DNA from: an uncultured Alphaproteobacteria bacterium
GTDB lineage: Bacteria > Pseudomonadota > Alphaproteobacteria > Rhizobiales > Xanthobacteraceae
DNA length: 64,000 nt
Direction of reading: 5' to 3'
Assembly: GCA_963831225.1 (NCBI GenBank)
Contig: CAWHPT010000013.1
Span: 12,916 to 76,915 of the forward strand
The notes under the pieces are model-generated. The model was not told the DNA's origin. It saw only the letters and a program-made list of their open reading frames with translations, and ran no database searches. Made by a program: the position numbers and the translations under genes. Positions 1 to 10,806 of this stretch are shown here, piece after piece; within the stretch, counting starts at the first letter, position 1, and each line of letters starts with the position of its first letter.

Positions 1-634
1 CGCGCGCGCCATCGCCCATATCGGCGGCATCGGCTCGCTGCGCGGCGTGCACAATGCGCAGAACGCCGCCTGTGCCGCGGGCGCGGCGCTGGCGCTCGGG
101 CTCTCCGCGCAGGCGATCCAGCAAGGACTGCGTCTCGTTTCCCGGCCTCGCGCACCGCATGGAGCAGGTCGGGCGCAAGGGGCGCGTGCTGTTCGTCAAC
201 GATTCCAAGGCCACCAATGCGAATTCGGCCGCCCAGGCGCTGGCCTGCTTCTCCGACATTTTCTGGATCGCGGGCGGCAAGCCGAAGACCGGCGGCATCG
301 CCTCGCTCGCCGGCTTCTTCCCGCGCATCCGCAAGGCCTATCTGATCGGCGAGGCCGCCGCCGGCATTTGCCGCCGAGCTCGAAGGGCAGGTGCCGCATG
401 TCGTCGCCGGAACGCTCGAGCGTGCGGTCGCGCTGGCCGCCCGCGATGCCGAGGCGTCCGATGTCGCAGGAGCCGGTCGTGCTGCTGTCGCCGGCCTGCG
501 CCTCGTTCGACCAGTATCGCAATTTCGAGGTGCGCGGCGACGCGTTCCGCGAGCTGGTGCTGGCGCTGCCGGGCATGGCGCCGATGATTCTTCGCGTTAA
601 CGGGCCGTCAACCACCGACAGGGCACCACTGTAG
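1..634 (+). pseudogene. murD: UDP-N-acetylmuramoylalanine--D-glutamate ligase MurD, 3' part (5' end outside window), frame broken about 3 times
   Basis: MurD C-terminal peptides lie in three frames: [30 protein letters not shown] and [12 protein letters not shown] (ORF 54..587), [22 protein letters not shown] (ORF 391..600), [28 protein letters not shown] (ORF 47..634). It sits directly upstream of ftsW. Confidence 0.85.
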
Positions 635-717
635 CGGTTCCGGCGACGTGAGACCGTCTCTGACGAGCGCAATGCAGCTTGCATCGGTCTTGCGCTTCGC
701 CTCGGGGGGGGGATGCC

Positions 718-1879
718 ATGGTTTCGCGCCTCGAACGCACGTCTTTTGCCGCCTGGTGGTGGACGGTCGACCGCTTGCTGCTGGCGGCGCTGCTGGCGCT
801 CATGCTCGCCGGAATCGTGCTCTCGCTGGCCGCAAGTCCGCCGGTCGCGTCGCGGCTGGGGCTGGAGCCGTTCTATTTCGTCAATCGCCACGTGCTCTAC
901 CTGGTGCCGGCGCTCGTCGGTGCTGCTCGCGACCTCGTTCCTGCCGCTGCGATATGTCCGCCGGCTCTCGCTGGTGGTGTTCGTGCTGAGCCTCGTGCTC
1001 ATCGTCGCCACCCTGCATTTCGGTGCCGAAGTGAAGGGCGCGCGCCGTTGGATCGTCCTTTTCGGGGTCAACCTGCAGCCGTCGGAGTTCCTCAAGCCTG
1101 CCTTCGTCATCCTGATCGCCTGGCTGTTCGGCGAATCCGCGCGCCGGCCGGAAATGCCGGCCAATGCCATGGCGCTTGCGCTGCTCGTGCTGTCGATCAG
1201 CCGGCCTCGTGCTGCAGCCGGATTTCGGGCAGACCATGCTGGTCGCGCTGGTCTGGAGCGCACTGTTCTTTCTCGCCGGGATGCGGCTGGTCTGGGTGGC
1301 CGGCCTCGGCGGCGCGGCCGCGGTCGGGCTCGTCAGCGCCTACATGCTCATTCCGCATGTCGCGCGACGCATCGAGCGCTTCCGCGATCCCTCATCCGGG
1401 GATACGTTCAATATCGACCAGGCGATCGAATCCTTTCAACGCGGCGGCTGGTTCGGAAGGGGACCGGGCGAGGGAACGGTCAAGCGCATTTTGCCCGAGA
1501 GCCATACCGACTTCGTGTTCGCGGTCGCGGCCGAGGAGTTCGGCATCGTGCTGTGCCTGCTGCTGCTCGTCTTTGTTCACTTTCATCGTGCTGCGCGCCT
1601 TGCGCCATGCGATGCGGAACGAAGACCCCTTCGCGCGCTTCGCAACCGCCGGCCTTGCGATCCTGTTCGGCCTGCAATCGGCCATCAATATGGGAGTAAA
1701 TCTGCATCTCATGCCGGCCAAGGGCATGACGCTGCCGTTCATCTCCTACGGCGGTTCATCGATGATCTCGCTCGCCTACGGCATGGGAATGCTGCTCGCT
1801 TTGACGCGCGAGCGCCCGCGCGCCGAGCTGCTGGCGAGCCATGGCGGGTTCGCAGCCGCCGGGAGCCGCGGTCCGATGA
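718..1879 (+). pseudogene. ftsW: Peptidoglycan glycosyltransferase / lipid II flippase FtsW, frameshifted several times
   Basis: ATG 718 opens MVSRLERTSFAAWWWTVDRLLL. SEDS motifs LQPSEFLKPAFVILIAW, LQPDFGQTM, PESHTDFVFAVAAEEFG and MPAKGMTLPFISYGGSS are spread over ORFs 679, 713, 1164 and 679 again. The likely stop, TGA 1877-1879, overlaps the murG ATG. Confidence 0.85.
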
Positions 1880-2999
1880 GCGACGGCGATGGCGCGCCGC
1901 TCGTTCTGCTGGCCGCCGGCGGAACCGGCGGGCACCTGTTTCCGGCCGAAGCGCTCGCGCAGGCGCTCACACGCCGCGGCGTCACCGTCGATCTCGCAAC
2001 CGATGACGCGGGCCGAGCGCTACGGCAAGCGAATTCCCGGCCCGCCAAATTCACATCATCGCGAGCGAGACCGTGCGGGGACGCGATCCGATATCGCTGG
2101 CGCGCACCGCCGCAATGCTGGGCATCGGCAGCATGCAGGCCCTGCGCCTGCTCGGACGCATCAAGCCGTCGCGCCGTGGTCGGTTTCGGCGGCTATCCGA
2201 CGGTGCCGCCGGTTCTGGCGGCGAGGCTGCGCAGAATCCCGACCCTCATCCATGAGCAGAACGCGGTCATGGGACGCGCCAACCGTTTCCTTGCACCGCG
2301 GGTGACGCGCAATCGCGACCGGCTTTGCCGGCGTGCTCGAGCGCGAGCCGCAGCTCGCCGCCAAATCGACACGGACCGGCAATCCGGTCCGGCCGCAGGT
2401 GATCGCGGCGGCGGCAATGCCTTACGTGGCGCCGGAGGCTTCCGGAGCCCCTGCGTCTGATCGTGTTCGGCGGCAGCCAGGGGGCGCGCATCATGGCCGA
2501 CATCGTGCCGCCTGCGCTCGAGCGGCTCGAGCCACATCTGCAGTTGCGCCTCTCGATCGTGCAACAGGCCCGTGAAGAGGATCTCGAGCGGGTCAAGGAC
2601 CGTCTATGCGCGCGCGCGAATTGCGTCCGAAGTTGCGCCGTTCTTCACCGATCTTCCTGCGCGGATCCAGCCAGCCATATCGTCGTGGCGCGTTCCGGCG
2701 CGTCGACCGTGGCCGAGGTTGCCACGATAGGGAGGCCCGCTATCCTGGTGCCGTTGCCGCATGCCCTCGATCAGGACCAGTCGGCCAATGCTGGCGTGCT
2801 GGCGGACGCCGGAGCAGCAATTCGCCTGCCGCAGGGCGAATTCACACCCCATCGGCTCGCGGCTGAAATCAGCGCACTTGCAAGCTCGCCGCAAAAGCTC
2901 GTAGCAATGGCCGCGGCCGCACGCTCGCAGGGCTCCACCAATGGTGCCGAGCGGCTCGCCGATCTGGTGGAGAAAGTGGCCGGCCTCGCAGCTGCCTAA
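1876..2999 (+). pseudogene. murG: Undecaprenyl-PP-MurNAc-pentapeptide GlcNAc transferase MurG, frameshifted several times
   Basis: Motifs LLAAGGTGGHLFPAEAL, GFGGYPTVPPVLAA, IHEQNAVMGRANRFLAP, VFGGSQGA and ARSGASTVAEVATIGRPAILVPLP lie in at least four frames (ORFs 679, 1889, 2073, 2463, 2606). It falls between ftsW and murC. Confidence 0.85.
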
Positions 3000-3057
3000 T
3001 TCGGCTGGCATCGGGCCATTTTGCTGCGATCCGACCGAGTCACAGAGGGACCCCGAC

Positions 3058-4470
3058 ATGAAACTGCCGCGCGACATCGGTCCGATCCACTTCGTCGGCA
3101 TCGGCGGCATAGGCATGAGCGGCATCGCCGAGGTGCTGATCAATCTCGGCTATGCGGTGCAGGGCTCCGACGCCGCGGAGAGCGCCAATGTCAAGCGCTT
3201 GCGCGAGAAGGGTGCCAGGATCGCCGTGGGCCATTCCGCCGGTGCCCTCGGCGACGCCGAGGTGGTCGTGGTTTCGACCGCGATCAAGCGCGACAACCCG
3301 GAGCTTGCCGCGGCGCGGGCGAAACGGCTGCCGGTGGTGCGCCGCGCCGAGATGCTGGCCGAGCTGATGCGGCTCAAGCGTTGCATCGCGGTCGCCGGGA
3401 CTCACGGAAAGACCACGACCACATCGCTCGTTGCCGCGCTGGTCGATGCCGGCGGGTTCGATCCGACGGTCATCAATGGCGGCATCATCAACGCCTATGG
3501 CACCAATGCACGGCTCGGCGCCGGCGACTGGATGATCGTCGAGGCCGACGAATCCGACGGCACCTTTCTGAAGCTTCCGGCCGACGTCGCCATCGTCACC
3601 AATGTGGATCCCGAGCACCTCGATCATTTCAAGACCTTCGAAGCCGTGCAGGAAGCATTCCGTGCCTTCGTCGAGAACGTGCCCTTCTACGGCTTCGCGG
3701 TGATGTGCACGGATCATCCGGTGGTGCAGCAGCTCGTCGGGCACATCACCGACCGTCGGCTCATCACCTATGGTGAGAACCCGCAGGCGGATGTGCGGCT
3801 CACAGATCTCGACCATGCCAACGGGCAGTCGCGCTTCGCCATCGTGTTCCGCGATCGTGCCGGTGAGACGATGCACGAGATCGGCGGCCTGACGTTGCCG
3901 ATGCCCGGGCAGCACAACGCGCTCAACGCGACCGCCGCGATCGCGGTCGCGCGCGAGCTCGGTATTTCGGACGACATGATCCGCAAAGCCCTGCAGGGCT
4001 TCGGCGGGGTGCGGCGGCGTTTCACCCGTACCGGCGAGTGGAACGGCGTCTCGATCATCGACGACTACGGCCATCACCCCGTGGAGATCGCCGCCGTCCT
4101 GCGCGCTGCGCGCGAATCGAACCAGGGGCACGTGATTGCCGTCATGCAACCGCACCGCTATACGCGGCTTGCGTCGCTGTTCGAGCAGTTCTCGACCTGC
4201 TTCAACGACGCCGACACCGTCATCGTCGCGCCGGTCTATGAGGCCGGCGAGGCGCCGGTTCCCGGCGCCGACCGTGACTCGCTGGTTCAGGGGCTGCGCG
4301 CACACGGCCATCGGCAGGTGATTCCCCTCGACGGAGCCCAGGACCTCGCCTGCATGGTGAGGCGTCTGGCGCAGCCCGGCGACATGGTGGTCTGCCTCGG
4401 CGCCGGCAATATCACGCAATGGGCCTATGCCCTGCCGGGCGAGCTCGCGGCGCTCGGGGCGGTGGCATGA
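3058..4470 (+). CDS. murC: UDP-N-acetylmuramate--L-alanine ligase MurC (intact, 470 aa)
   Basis: ATG 3058 lies within ORF 2941..4470. Motifs: [31 protein letters not shown] (P-loop), Mur ligase middle and C-terminal domains. dcw position. Confidence 0.95.
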   Translation: MKLPRDIGPIHFVGIGGIGMSGIAEVLINLGYAVQGSDAAESANVKRLREKGARIAVGHSAGALGDAEVVVVSTAIKRDNPELAAARAKRLPVVRRAEMLAELMRLKRCIAVAGTHGKTTTTSLVAALVDAGGFDPTVINGGIINAYGTNARLGAGDWMIVEADESDGTFLKLPADVAIVTNVDPEHLDHFKTFEAVQEAFRAFVENVPFYGFAVMCTDHPVVQQLVGHITDRRLITYGENPQADVRLTDLDHANGQSRFAIVFRDRAGETMHEIGGLTLPMPGQHNALNATAAIAVARELGISDDMIRKALQGFGGVRRRFTRTGEWNGVSIIDDYGHHPVEIAAVLRAARESNQGHVIAVMQPHRYTRLASLFEQFSTCFNDADTVIVAPVYEAGEAPVPGADRDSLVQGLRAHGHRQVIPLDGAQDLACMVRRLAQPGDMVVCLGAGNITQWAYALPGELAALGAVA

Positions 4471-4584
4471 TGGAAGCGAAGGTCGGCGAGCGTCGCCGCG
4501 ATCGTAGGGTGGCAACCACGAAGTTGCCGTTGCCCACCCTGCTCTCTAACGTGAGCGCGCACAGCAGCTTGAAGGAATGCTTCA

Positions 4585-4806
4585 ATGAACAAGGCATTGT
4601 TGACTGAGCTTCTCGAGTTGACTCCTGCGGAGCGGATCCAACTCGCTGAGGACCTGTGGGACAGCATTGCTCCGGAAGAAATGCCTACCCTGACCCACGA
4701 GCAACAGCAGGAGATCGGACGGCGTATCGCAGAGCATGCGCGTGATCCATCGAGAGCGTCCAACTGGGAGGACGTTAGAGCGCGCCTTTGGGCGCGGTTC
4801 GGATGA
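4585..4806 (+). CDS. Addiction-module antitoxin (Unstab_antitox / TIGR02574-like), 73 aa
   Basis: ORF 4585..4806: LTPAERIQLAEDLWDSI...EQQQEIGRRIAEH is typical of this antitoxin family. Its TGA overlaps the ATG of the downstream toxin (ATGA at 4803-4806). GC looks lower than in the flanking mur genes. Confidence 0.8.
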   Translation: MNKALLTELLELTPAERIQLAEDLWDSIAPEEMPTLTHEQQQEIGRRIAEHARDPSRASNWEDVRARLWARFG

Positions 4807-5102
4807 CCCGACAGTTGATCCTTGCACCGGAGGCAGAAGCCGAGATCGCAGAAGCGGCCAGCTGGTATGAGTTGCGTGGTCGAGGACTCGGCCCTGAATT
4901 CCTTCGCGCCGTCGAAGCTGTGCTGGAAACCGTTCAGCGTAATCCTCAACAATATCAAGTTGTATTCCGAGATTTGCGTCGAGCGCCACTCAGGCGTTTC
5001 CCTTTCAGCGTGATGTATATTTTATCGGAGAGCGAGATCGTGGTGCTGGCGTGCATTCACGGCCGACGGAGTCCCAAGCATTGGAAAGAAAGAGCGCCTT
5101 GA
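4803..5102 (+). CDS. RelE/ParE-family type II toxin (plasmid stabilisation protein-like), 99 aa
   Basis: ATG 4803 lies inside ORF 4788..5102. Motifs AEAEIAEAASWY...NPQQYQVV...LRRAPLRRFPFSVMYILSESEIVVLACIHGRR resemble ParE_toxin (PF05016). There is a 4-nt overlap with the antitoxin. Confidence 0.8.
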   Translation: MTRQLILAPEAEAEIAEAASWYELRGRGLGPEFLRAVEAVLETVQRNPQQYQVVFRDLRRAPLRRFPFSVMYILSESEIVVLACIHGRRSPKHWKERAP

Positions 5103-5174
5103 GCAAATGCCTCCGGCCCGCGTCCGATCCCGACGCAGGACTCCCCCAGAGTTGCTAACTACGGTGCCGCTCGC

Positions 5175-6110
5175 ATGACGCTCCCGCTCCCAGATCTCGT
5201 TCCGGACCTTGCCGCGAAGATGACGCAGCTGCGCGGGCGGCTGCTGGCCAACCAGTCGCTCGCCGAGCTGACCTGGTTTCGTGTCGGCGGACCGGCGCAG
5301 GTTTTGTTCATGCCGGAGGACGAGGCGGACCTGGCCTATTTCCTCGAGCATCTGCCAGGCGAAATTCCGGTGACGGTGATTGGGCTCGGCTCCAATCTCA
5401 TCGTGCGTGACGGCGGTGTGCCCGGCGTGGTCATTCGCCTTGGGCGGGGCTTCAATGAAGTCAAAGTCGAGTCAGGCGCTCGCGTTCGTGCCGGCGCTGC
5501 CGTGCCGGATGTCAAGGTGAGCCGGGCCGCGCAGGAGGCGGCGATCGCGGGACTCGCGTTCTTTCGCGGCATTCCGGGGGGGATCGGCGGCGCTTTGCGC
5601 ATGAACGGCGGCGCCTACGGCCGCGAGACCAGGGATGCGCTGATCGAGGTGCGCGGTATCGATCGGCAGGGCCGTTTGCACATCCTCTCCAATGACGACA
5701 TGCATTACAGCTATCGCCATTGCGGCGCGTCCGAGGACATCATCTTCACCGATGCGCTGTTTCAGGGCACCCTGGGCGATCCGAATCAGATCGCCGCCGA
5801 GATGGACAAAATTACCCATTCGCGCGAGGCCACCCAGCCGATCAAGAGCCGTACCGGCGGCTCGACCTTCAAGAACCCGCCCGGTCACAAGGCTTGGCAA
5901 CTCGTCGACGCCGCCGGGTGCCGTGGTCTAAAGCTCGGCGACGCGCAGGTCTCACCAATGCACTGCAATTTTCTCATCAATCTCGGAGCGTCCACGGGCG
6001 CCGACATCGAAACGCTCGGCGAGGCGGTGCGCGAGCGCGTCAGGGAGCATTCCGGTGTCGAGCTTGAATGGGAGATCAAGCGCATCGGGGTCGCGAAACC
6101 ATCGACATGA
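5175..6110 (+). CDS. murB: UDP-N-acetylenolpyruvoylglucosamine reductase MurB (intact, 311 aa)
   Basis: ORF 5175..6110: [49 protein letters not shown]-binding PCMH fold. dcw position. Confidence 0.95.
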   Translation: MTLPLPDLVPDLAAKMTQLRGRLLANQSLAELTWFRVGGPAQVLFMPEDEADLAYFLEHLPGEIPVTVIGLGSNLIVRDGGVPGVVIRLGRGFNEVKVESGARVRAGAAVPDVKVSRAAQEAAIAGLAFFRGIPGGIGGALRMNGGAYGRETRDALIEVRGIDRQGRLHILSNDDMHYSYRHCGASEDIIFTDALFQGTLGDPNQIAAEMDKITHSREATQPIKSRTGGSTFKNPPGHKAWQLVDAAGCRGLKLGDAQVSPMHCNFLINLGASTGADIETLGEAVRERVREHSGVELEWEIKRIGVAKPST

Positions 6111-7321
6111 GCCAGCCCATCCTCATCGCCGGCGGGGGGCTCGGCGGGCTTACGGCCGCGCTCGGCGCTGGCGCGCCGGGGATGGCAGGTCCGCGTGCTG
6201 GAAGGCGCTTCCGACTTCGGCGCGATCGGATACGGCATCCAGTTCGGGCCCAATGTCTTTCACGTCCTGGATCAGATCGGGGTGAGCGAGGCGGTCTTGC
6301 AGCAGGCGGATTGTCCGCCCGCGGTGCTGATGCTCGATGCATTCACCGGTAACGAGGTGACGCGAGTGCCGACCGCAGCGTCGTTCCGCAGGCGGTTCAA
6401 ATTTCCATACATCATCGTCCACCGGACCGACCTGCACCTCGCGCTCCTCGAGGCCTGCAGGGACAGCAGCGAGATCGAGCTGGTGCCCGACGCCATGGTG
6501 TCGGGGTTTGCCGAGCACGACGGCCTGGTGATGGCGACCACCGAGGACGGGCGTCAGTTTCGCCGGCTCGGCTCTCATCGGTGCCGACGGCCTGCGCTCG
6601 CGCGTTCGCGCCCAGCTGCTCGGCGACGGCGATCCGCGTCCGATCGGCTTCGTGGCGCACCGCACCATCGTTCCGATGCGCGATCTCACAGCAGAAGTGA
6701 GCAGGGACTGCGTCGTGCTCTGGGGCGGGCCGGGCTTTCACATCATCCATTATCCGCTGCGTCACGGAACGCTGTTCAACATCGTCGCGGTATTCCGCAG
6801 CTCCACCCATTCGGAGCGAGGCGACGTCGCCTCCTACCGGGCCGAGCTCGACGCAAACCTACCGCTCGGCACATCCCTCGATGAAGGCGCTGCTCGCCAT
6901 GATGGACCTGGAGCGGCGCTGGGCGGTCGGGGATCGGGACCCGATCCGGCATTGGCACAAGGGCCGGGTGGTGCTGCTCGGCGATGCGGCGCATCCCACG
7001 TTGCAATCGCTTGCGCAAGGCGCCTGCATGGCGATCGAGGATGGCCTTTGCCTGGCGGAGCTGATGCATTCGATGCCAGGCGACTTCGACCGGGCATTCC
7101 GGCGCTATGCGGCCGCCCGCGCGGTGCGGACTGCGCGCGTGACCCTGGAATCGCGTCATCTCTGGGACGTCTATCACGCGGACGGAATTGCGCGAGAGGT
7201 GTATCGGCAAATGCTGGGCGAACGATCCGAGCGCGACGTCTTCCAGTGTCTGGCCTGGCTCTACGACGGCTTCGTCATGCCCGACGGCCGCGGTCCCGTT
7301 GATGGGGACGCTCCGGGATAG
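6107..7321 (+). pseudogene. FAD-dependent aromatic-ring monooxygenase (3-hydroxybenzoate 6-hydroxylase / salicylate hydroxylase-like), about 3 frameshifts
   Basis: ATG 6107 overlaps the murB TGA (ATGA). Motifs ILIAGGGLGGLTAAL (GxGxxG), GADGLRSRVR and LLGDAAHPTLQSLAQGACMAIEDG lie across ORFs 6068, 6195, 6652 and 6881. Confidence 0.7.
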
Positions 7322-7545
7322 TCCCGGCCGGTTCCCGGACGACGGCAACCGAGGTTCCTCAATCGTCGAGCCGCCAGGCCGCCAGCCAGCTTCACGCGGT
7401 CCGCCCAGCCTGATTCTTCCCAAATGAGGGAGGTGTCTGCGCTGATGGACGTCGTCGCGATGGACGTCTTGGACTCTCGACGCGCCGCTCAATCTCGATT
7501 CTATTGGGCGTGAAACGAATCAGCGCCAGGCCGGTCGGAGGCGGC

Positions 7546-8466
7546 ATGAGCAAGCACGTGGCCGTACTGATGGGGGGCTGGTCGGCCGAGCGCGACGTGT
7601 CCTTGCGCTCCGGCAAGGCCTGCGCCGAGGCGCTCACGCGTCTGGGTTATCGGGTCACCCGCATCGACGTCGGACGCGACATCGCCACCGTGCTCGCTAC
7701 CGTCAAGCCTGACATCGCGCTCAACGTCCTGCACGGCCGGCCGGGCGAGGACGGGACGCTGCAAGGCATCCTGGAAATTCTCGCCATCCCCTACACTCAT
7801 TCCGGAGTGATGGCGTCGGCGGTGGCCATGCAGAAGGACGTCGCCAAGGACCTGCTGCGCGCCGCTGCGGTGCCGGTGCCGGAGGGCGTCGTGGCTTCCC
7901 GCTTCGAAGCAGCCAGGAGCCACGTGCTGCCGCCGCCCTACGTCATAAAGCCGATCGCGGAGGGGTCGAGCGTCGGCGTATTCATCGTAAACGCCGACCA
8001 CGCCCATCCGCCGCAGGAGCTCAACCGGGAGGATTGGACCTTCGGCGACCGGGTCATTGTCGAGCGATACATTCCCGGCAAGGAGCTGACCTGCGCCGTC
8101 GTCGGTGACGAGGCGCTCGGCGTGATCGAGATCGTGCCGATGGTGCGCTTTTACGACTATGAGGCGAAATATGCACCAGGCGGCTCTAAACATCTGCTGC
8201 CGGCGCCAATTTCATCCTTTGTTTACCAACAGGTCCGAAGACTAGCGTCGGGCGGCGCATCGCGCGCTGGGCTGCCGGGGCGTGAGCCGAGCGGACTTCC
8301 GCTACGACGACCGCATCGAAGGGACGGGGGGTCTGTCTGTCTCGAGGTCAACACGCAACCCGGCATGACCGAGACGTCGCTCGTGCCCGAGCTCGCGGCT
8401 CACGCGGGCATTACGTTCGATGAGCTGGTGCGATGGATGATCGAGGACGCCTCGCTCAATCGCTGA
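7546..8466 (+). pseudogene. ddl: D-alanine--D-alanine ligase Ddl, with a short out-and-back frameshift near 8220-8330
   Basis: ATG 7546 in ORF 7504..8466: VAVLMGGWSAERDVSLRSG, LHGRPGEDGTLQGILE, EVNTQPGMTETSLVPE. The segment SGGASRAGLPGREPSGLPLRR replaces the expected ...HRALGCRGVSRADFRYD... read in another frame. Confidence 0.9.
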
Positions 8467-9410
8467 AGGGGATGCCGCGACGGCGCTCGCCGGTCGGCCG
8501 GCACGCGGCTGCGCGCGCCGCCCCAATGCGTGCAGGCGCCGAGAGTCGGCGGGGCTGCGGAGCAGATGCTCGATCGCTGGTTGTCGCTTGCTCGAAAGAT
8601 GGATGCGGCGCGGGGTGGCCCTGTCCGTGAGCTCGTGTTTCGTTCTGGCGAGCGGCATCTACGGTGTGGTCGAAGGCGGTCATCTGCCGATCATCGGCCA
8701 ATCGATACGAGATGCGCGCGACGAGGCCGCCAACGCCGCCGGCTTCCGTATCGTGACGATCGCGCTCGCAGGAAATCGTCAGCTGAGTCGCGAAGAAGTG
8801 CTCGCCACCGCCGGCGATCACCGGCATCACGTCGCTCCTGTTCCTCGATGTCGAACAGGCGCGCGCGCGACTCAAGGCCAATCCTTGGATTGCGGATGCC
8901 ACTGTGCTCAAGCTCTATCCCGGCCAGCTGCAGATCGGCGTGACGGAGCGAACGCCCTTTGCGCTGTGGCAACATCGCCGGCGGCTCTCCGTCATCGCGG
9001 ACGATGGCACGGTGCTCGAGCCCTACGTGCCCGCTCGTCTTGCCCATCTGCCGCTGATAGTGGGCCAGGGGGCGGACACCAGGGCCAAGCAGTTCCTGGC
9101 TTTGCTCGACCGTCACCCGCTCCTGCGCGACCACGTGCGCGCATCGGTCCTGGTCGGCGAGCGGCGCTGGAACCTGCGGCTCAAGAACGGCATCGACGTG
9201 CGGCTTCCGGAGCTGGAGATTGCCGCCGCGGTCGAACGGTTGGTGGCGCTCGAACGCCAGAAGCACCTGATCACCCGCGACATCGTTGCTATCGATCTCA
9301 GGCTGCCGGACCGGGTAACGGTGCGGCTCTCGGATGCAGCTGCGCAAGCGCGCACCGATGCGCTCAAGGACACGCTCAAGGACAAGCCGAAAAATCGGGG
9401 GCCGGCATGA
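8433..9410 (+). pseudogene. ftsQ: Cell division protein FtsQ, frameshifted; start uncertain (8433 or 8472)
   Basis: The TM region GVALSVSSCFVLASGIYGVVEGGH is in the ORF 8588 frame. The POTRA/FtsQ core ...DVEQARARLKANPWIADATVLKLYPGQLQIGVTERTPFALW...ERRWNLRLKNGIDVRLPE is in ORF 8904..9410. The stop overlaps the ftsA ATG. Confidence 0.8.
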
Positions 9411-10727
9411 GCGCGCTGCAGTTGGGCCTGACCCCGAAGATGAGGCCGCTGTCGCCCAAGCGCTCGGTGCTCGTCGCAGCGCTCGATGTCGGGACCAGCA
9501 AGATCGCCTGCGTGATCGGGCGTCTCAAGCGCCGGCAGCCCGAGGAAGTGCCGTCTCTGCGCAGCCACTCCATCGACGTCGTAGGGTTCGGACACACGGT
9601 TGCCCGCGGCATGAAGGCGGGCGGGGTGGTGGATCTCGGTGAGGCCGAAGCTGCGGTTCGGCAATGCGTGGATCTTGCCGAGCGTTCGGCGAAATTGCAG
9701 CTCGAACTCGGTGATCGTCTCGGTTTCTGCCGGTCGTCCCACGAGCGAGCGCATCTCCGCGTCCATCGAGGTCGCCGGCTCCGCTATCGGCGAGCATGAC
9801 GTTGCGCGCGTGCTGACCGCCGCGAGGCGCCATTCCGTGCGCGCGGGCCGTGCCGTGCTTCATTCGCTGCCGATCGGCTATGTGGTCGACGGCGCCGGCG
9901 GGGTGCGTGATCCGCGCGGCATGCTCGCCGGTCGCTTCAGCAGCGAGATGCATGTGGTGACCACGGACATTTCGGTAGCCCGCAATCTCATGCTGGCGAT
10001 CGAGCGTTGCCATCTCGATGTCGAGGCGATGGTGGCGAGCCCGTATGTGGCGGGACTGTCGGTGCTTGCCGAGGACGAAGCCGAGCTCGGCGCGGCCGTG
10101 ATCGATATCGGCGCGGGCACGACGACGACTGCGGTATTCGCGGGCAGCCGTTTCGTTCATGCCGATGGTTTTGCGCTCGGCGGGCTGCACGTCACCATGG
10201 ATCTCGCACGCGGGCTCAACGCCCGGGTTTCCGACGCCGAGCGCATCAAGACCTTGTACGGCAGCGTGCTTACCGGAGCGTCCGACGATCGCGACATGAT
10301 CGCGGTGCCGCCGGTGGAAGGCGACGAGCGCGAGGCGCCGCAATTCGTTTCCCGAGCCAAGCTGGTGCGCATCATCAAGCCACGCCTGGAAGAAATTCTG
10401 GAAATGGTGCGTGACCGCCTCGCGGCATCGCCGTTTGCAGCCGAGCCGCGCGGCCGCGTCGTGCTTGCCGGCGGGGCGAGCCAGCTCACGGGCCTGGTCG
10501 AGCTCGCTGCGCAAATACTCGGCCGGCCGGTGCGGCTCGGCCGGCCGCTCGGCATTGGCGGCCTGCCCGAGGAAGCCAAGGGACCGGCCTTCGCCGTTGC
10601 AACCGGCCTGCTGGTCTACCCGCAGACGGCGCATTTCGAGCATTTTGAACCGCGGCGAACGCGGCACGCGGCGACAGGAGGCGGCTATATCGCACGGGTC
10701 GGACGATGGCTGCGCGAAAGCTTCTGA
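9407..10727 (+). pseudogene. ftsA: Cell division protein FtsA, frameshift near 9680-9720
   Basis: ATG 9407 forms an ATGA overlap with ftsQ. AALDVGTSKIACVIG is in the ORF 8588 frame; DIGAGTTTTAVF, GGLHVTMDLARGL and VLAGGASQLTGLVELA are in ORF 9639..10727. Confidence 0.9.
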
Positions 10728-10806
10728 AGACTCGACATGGAAATTCCCGTCGGCCGGTGGCGGACCGGCCTGACCGGGCGGCGACGTCCGCGGATGAGAG
10801 GCTAAC

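Noticed and set aside
3040-4515. Very long ORFs antisense to real genes: 3040..4515(-) opposite murC, 9525..11072(-) opposite ftsA/ftsZ, 16686..18485(-) opposite ligA, 41334..42992(-) opposite ycjX, 52003..53751(+) opposite fumC, 34791..35486(-) opposite the PHA gene, and others.
   Set aside because: Their translations are Arg/Ala/Pro/Gly-rich with no recognisable motifs, while the opposite strand carries clear conserved proteins. These are the usual stop-poor shadow frames of high-GC DNA.
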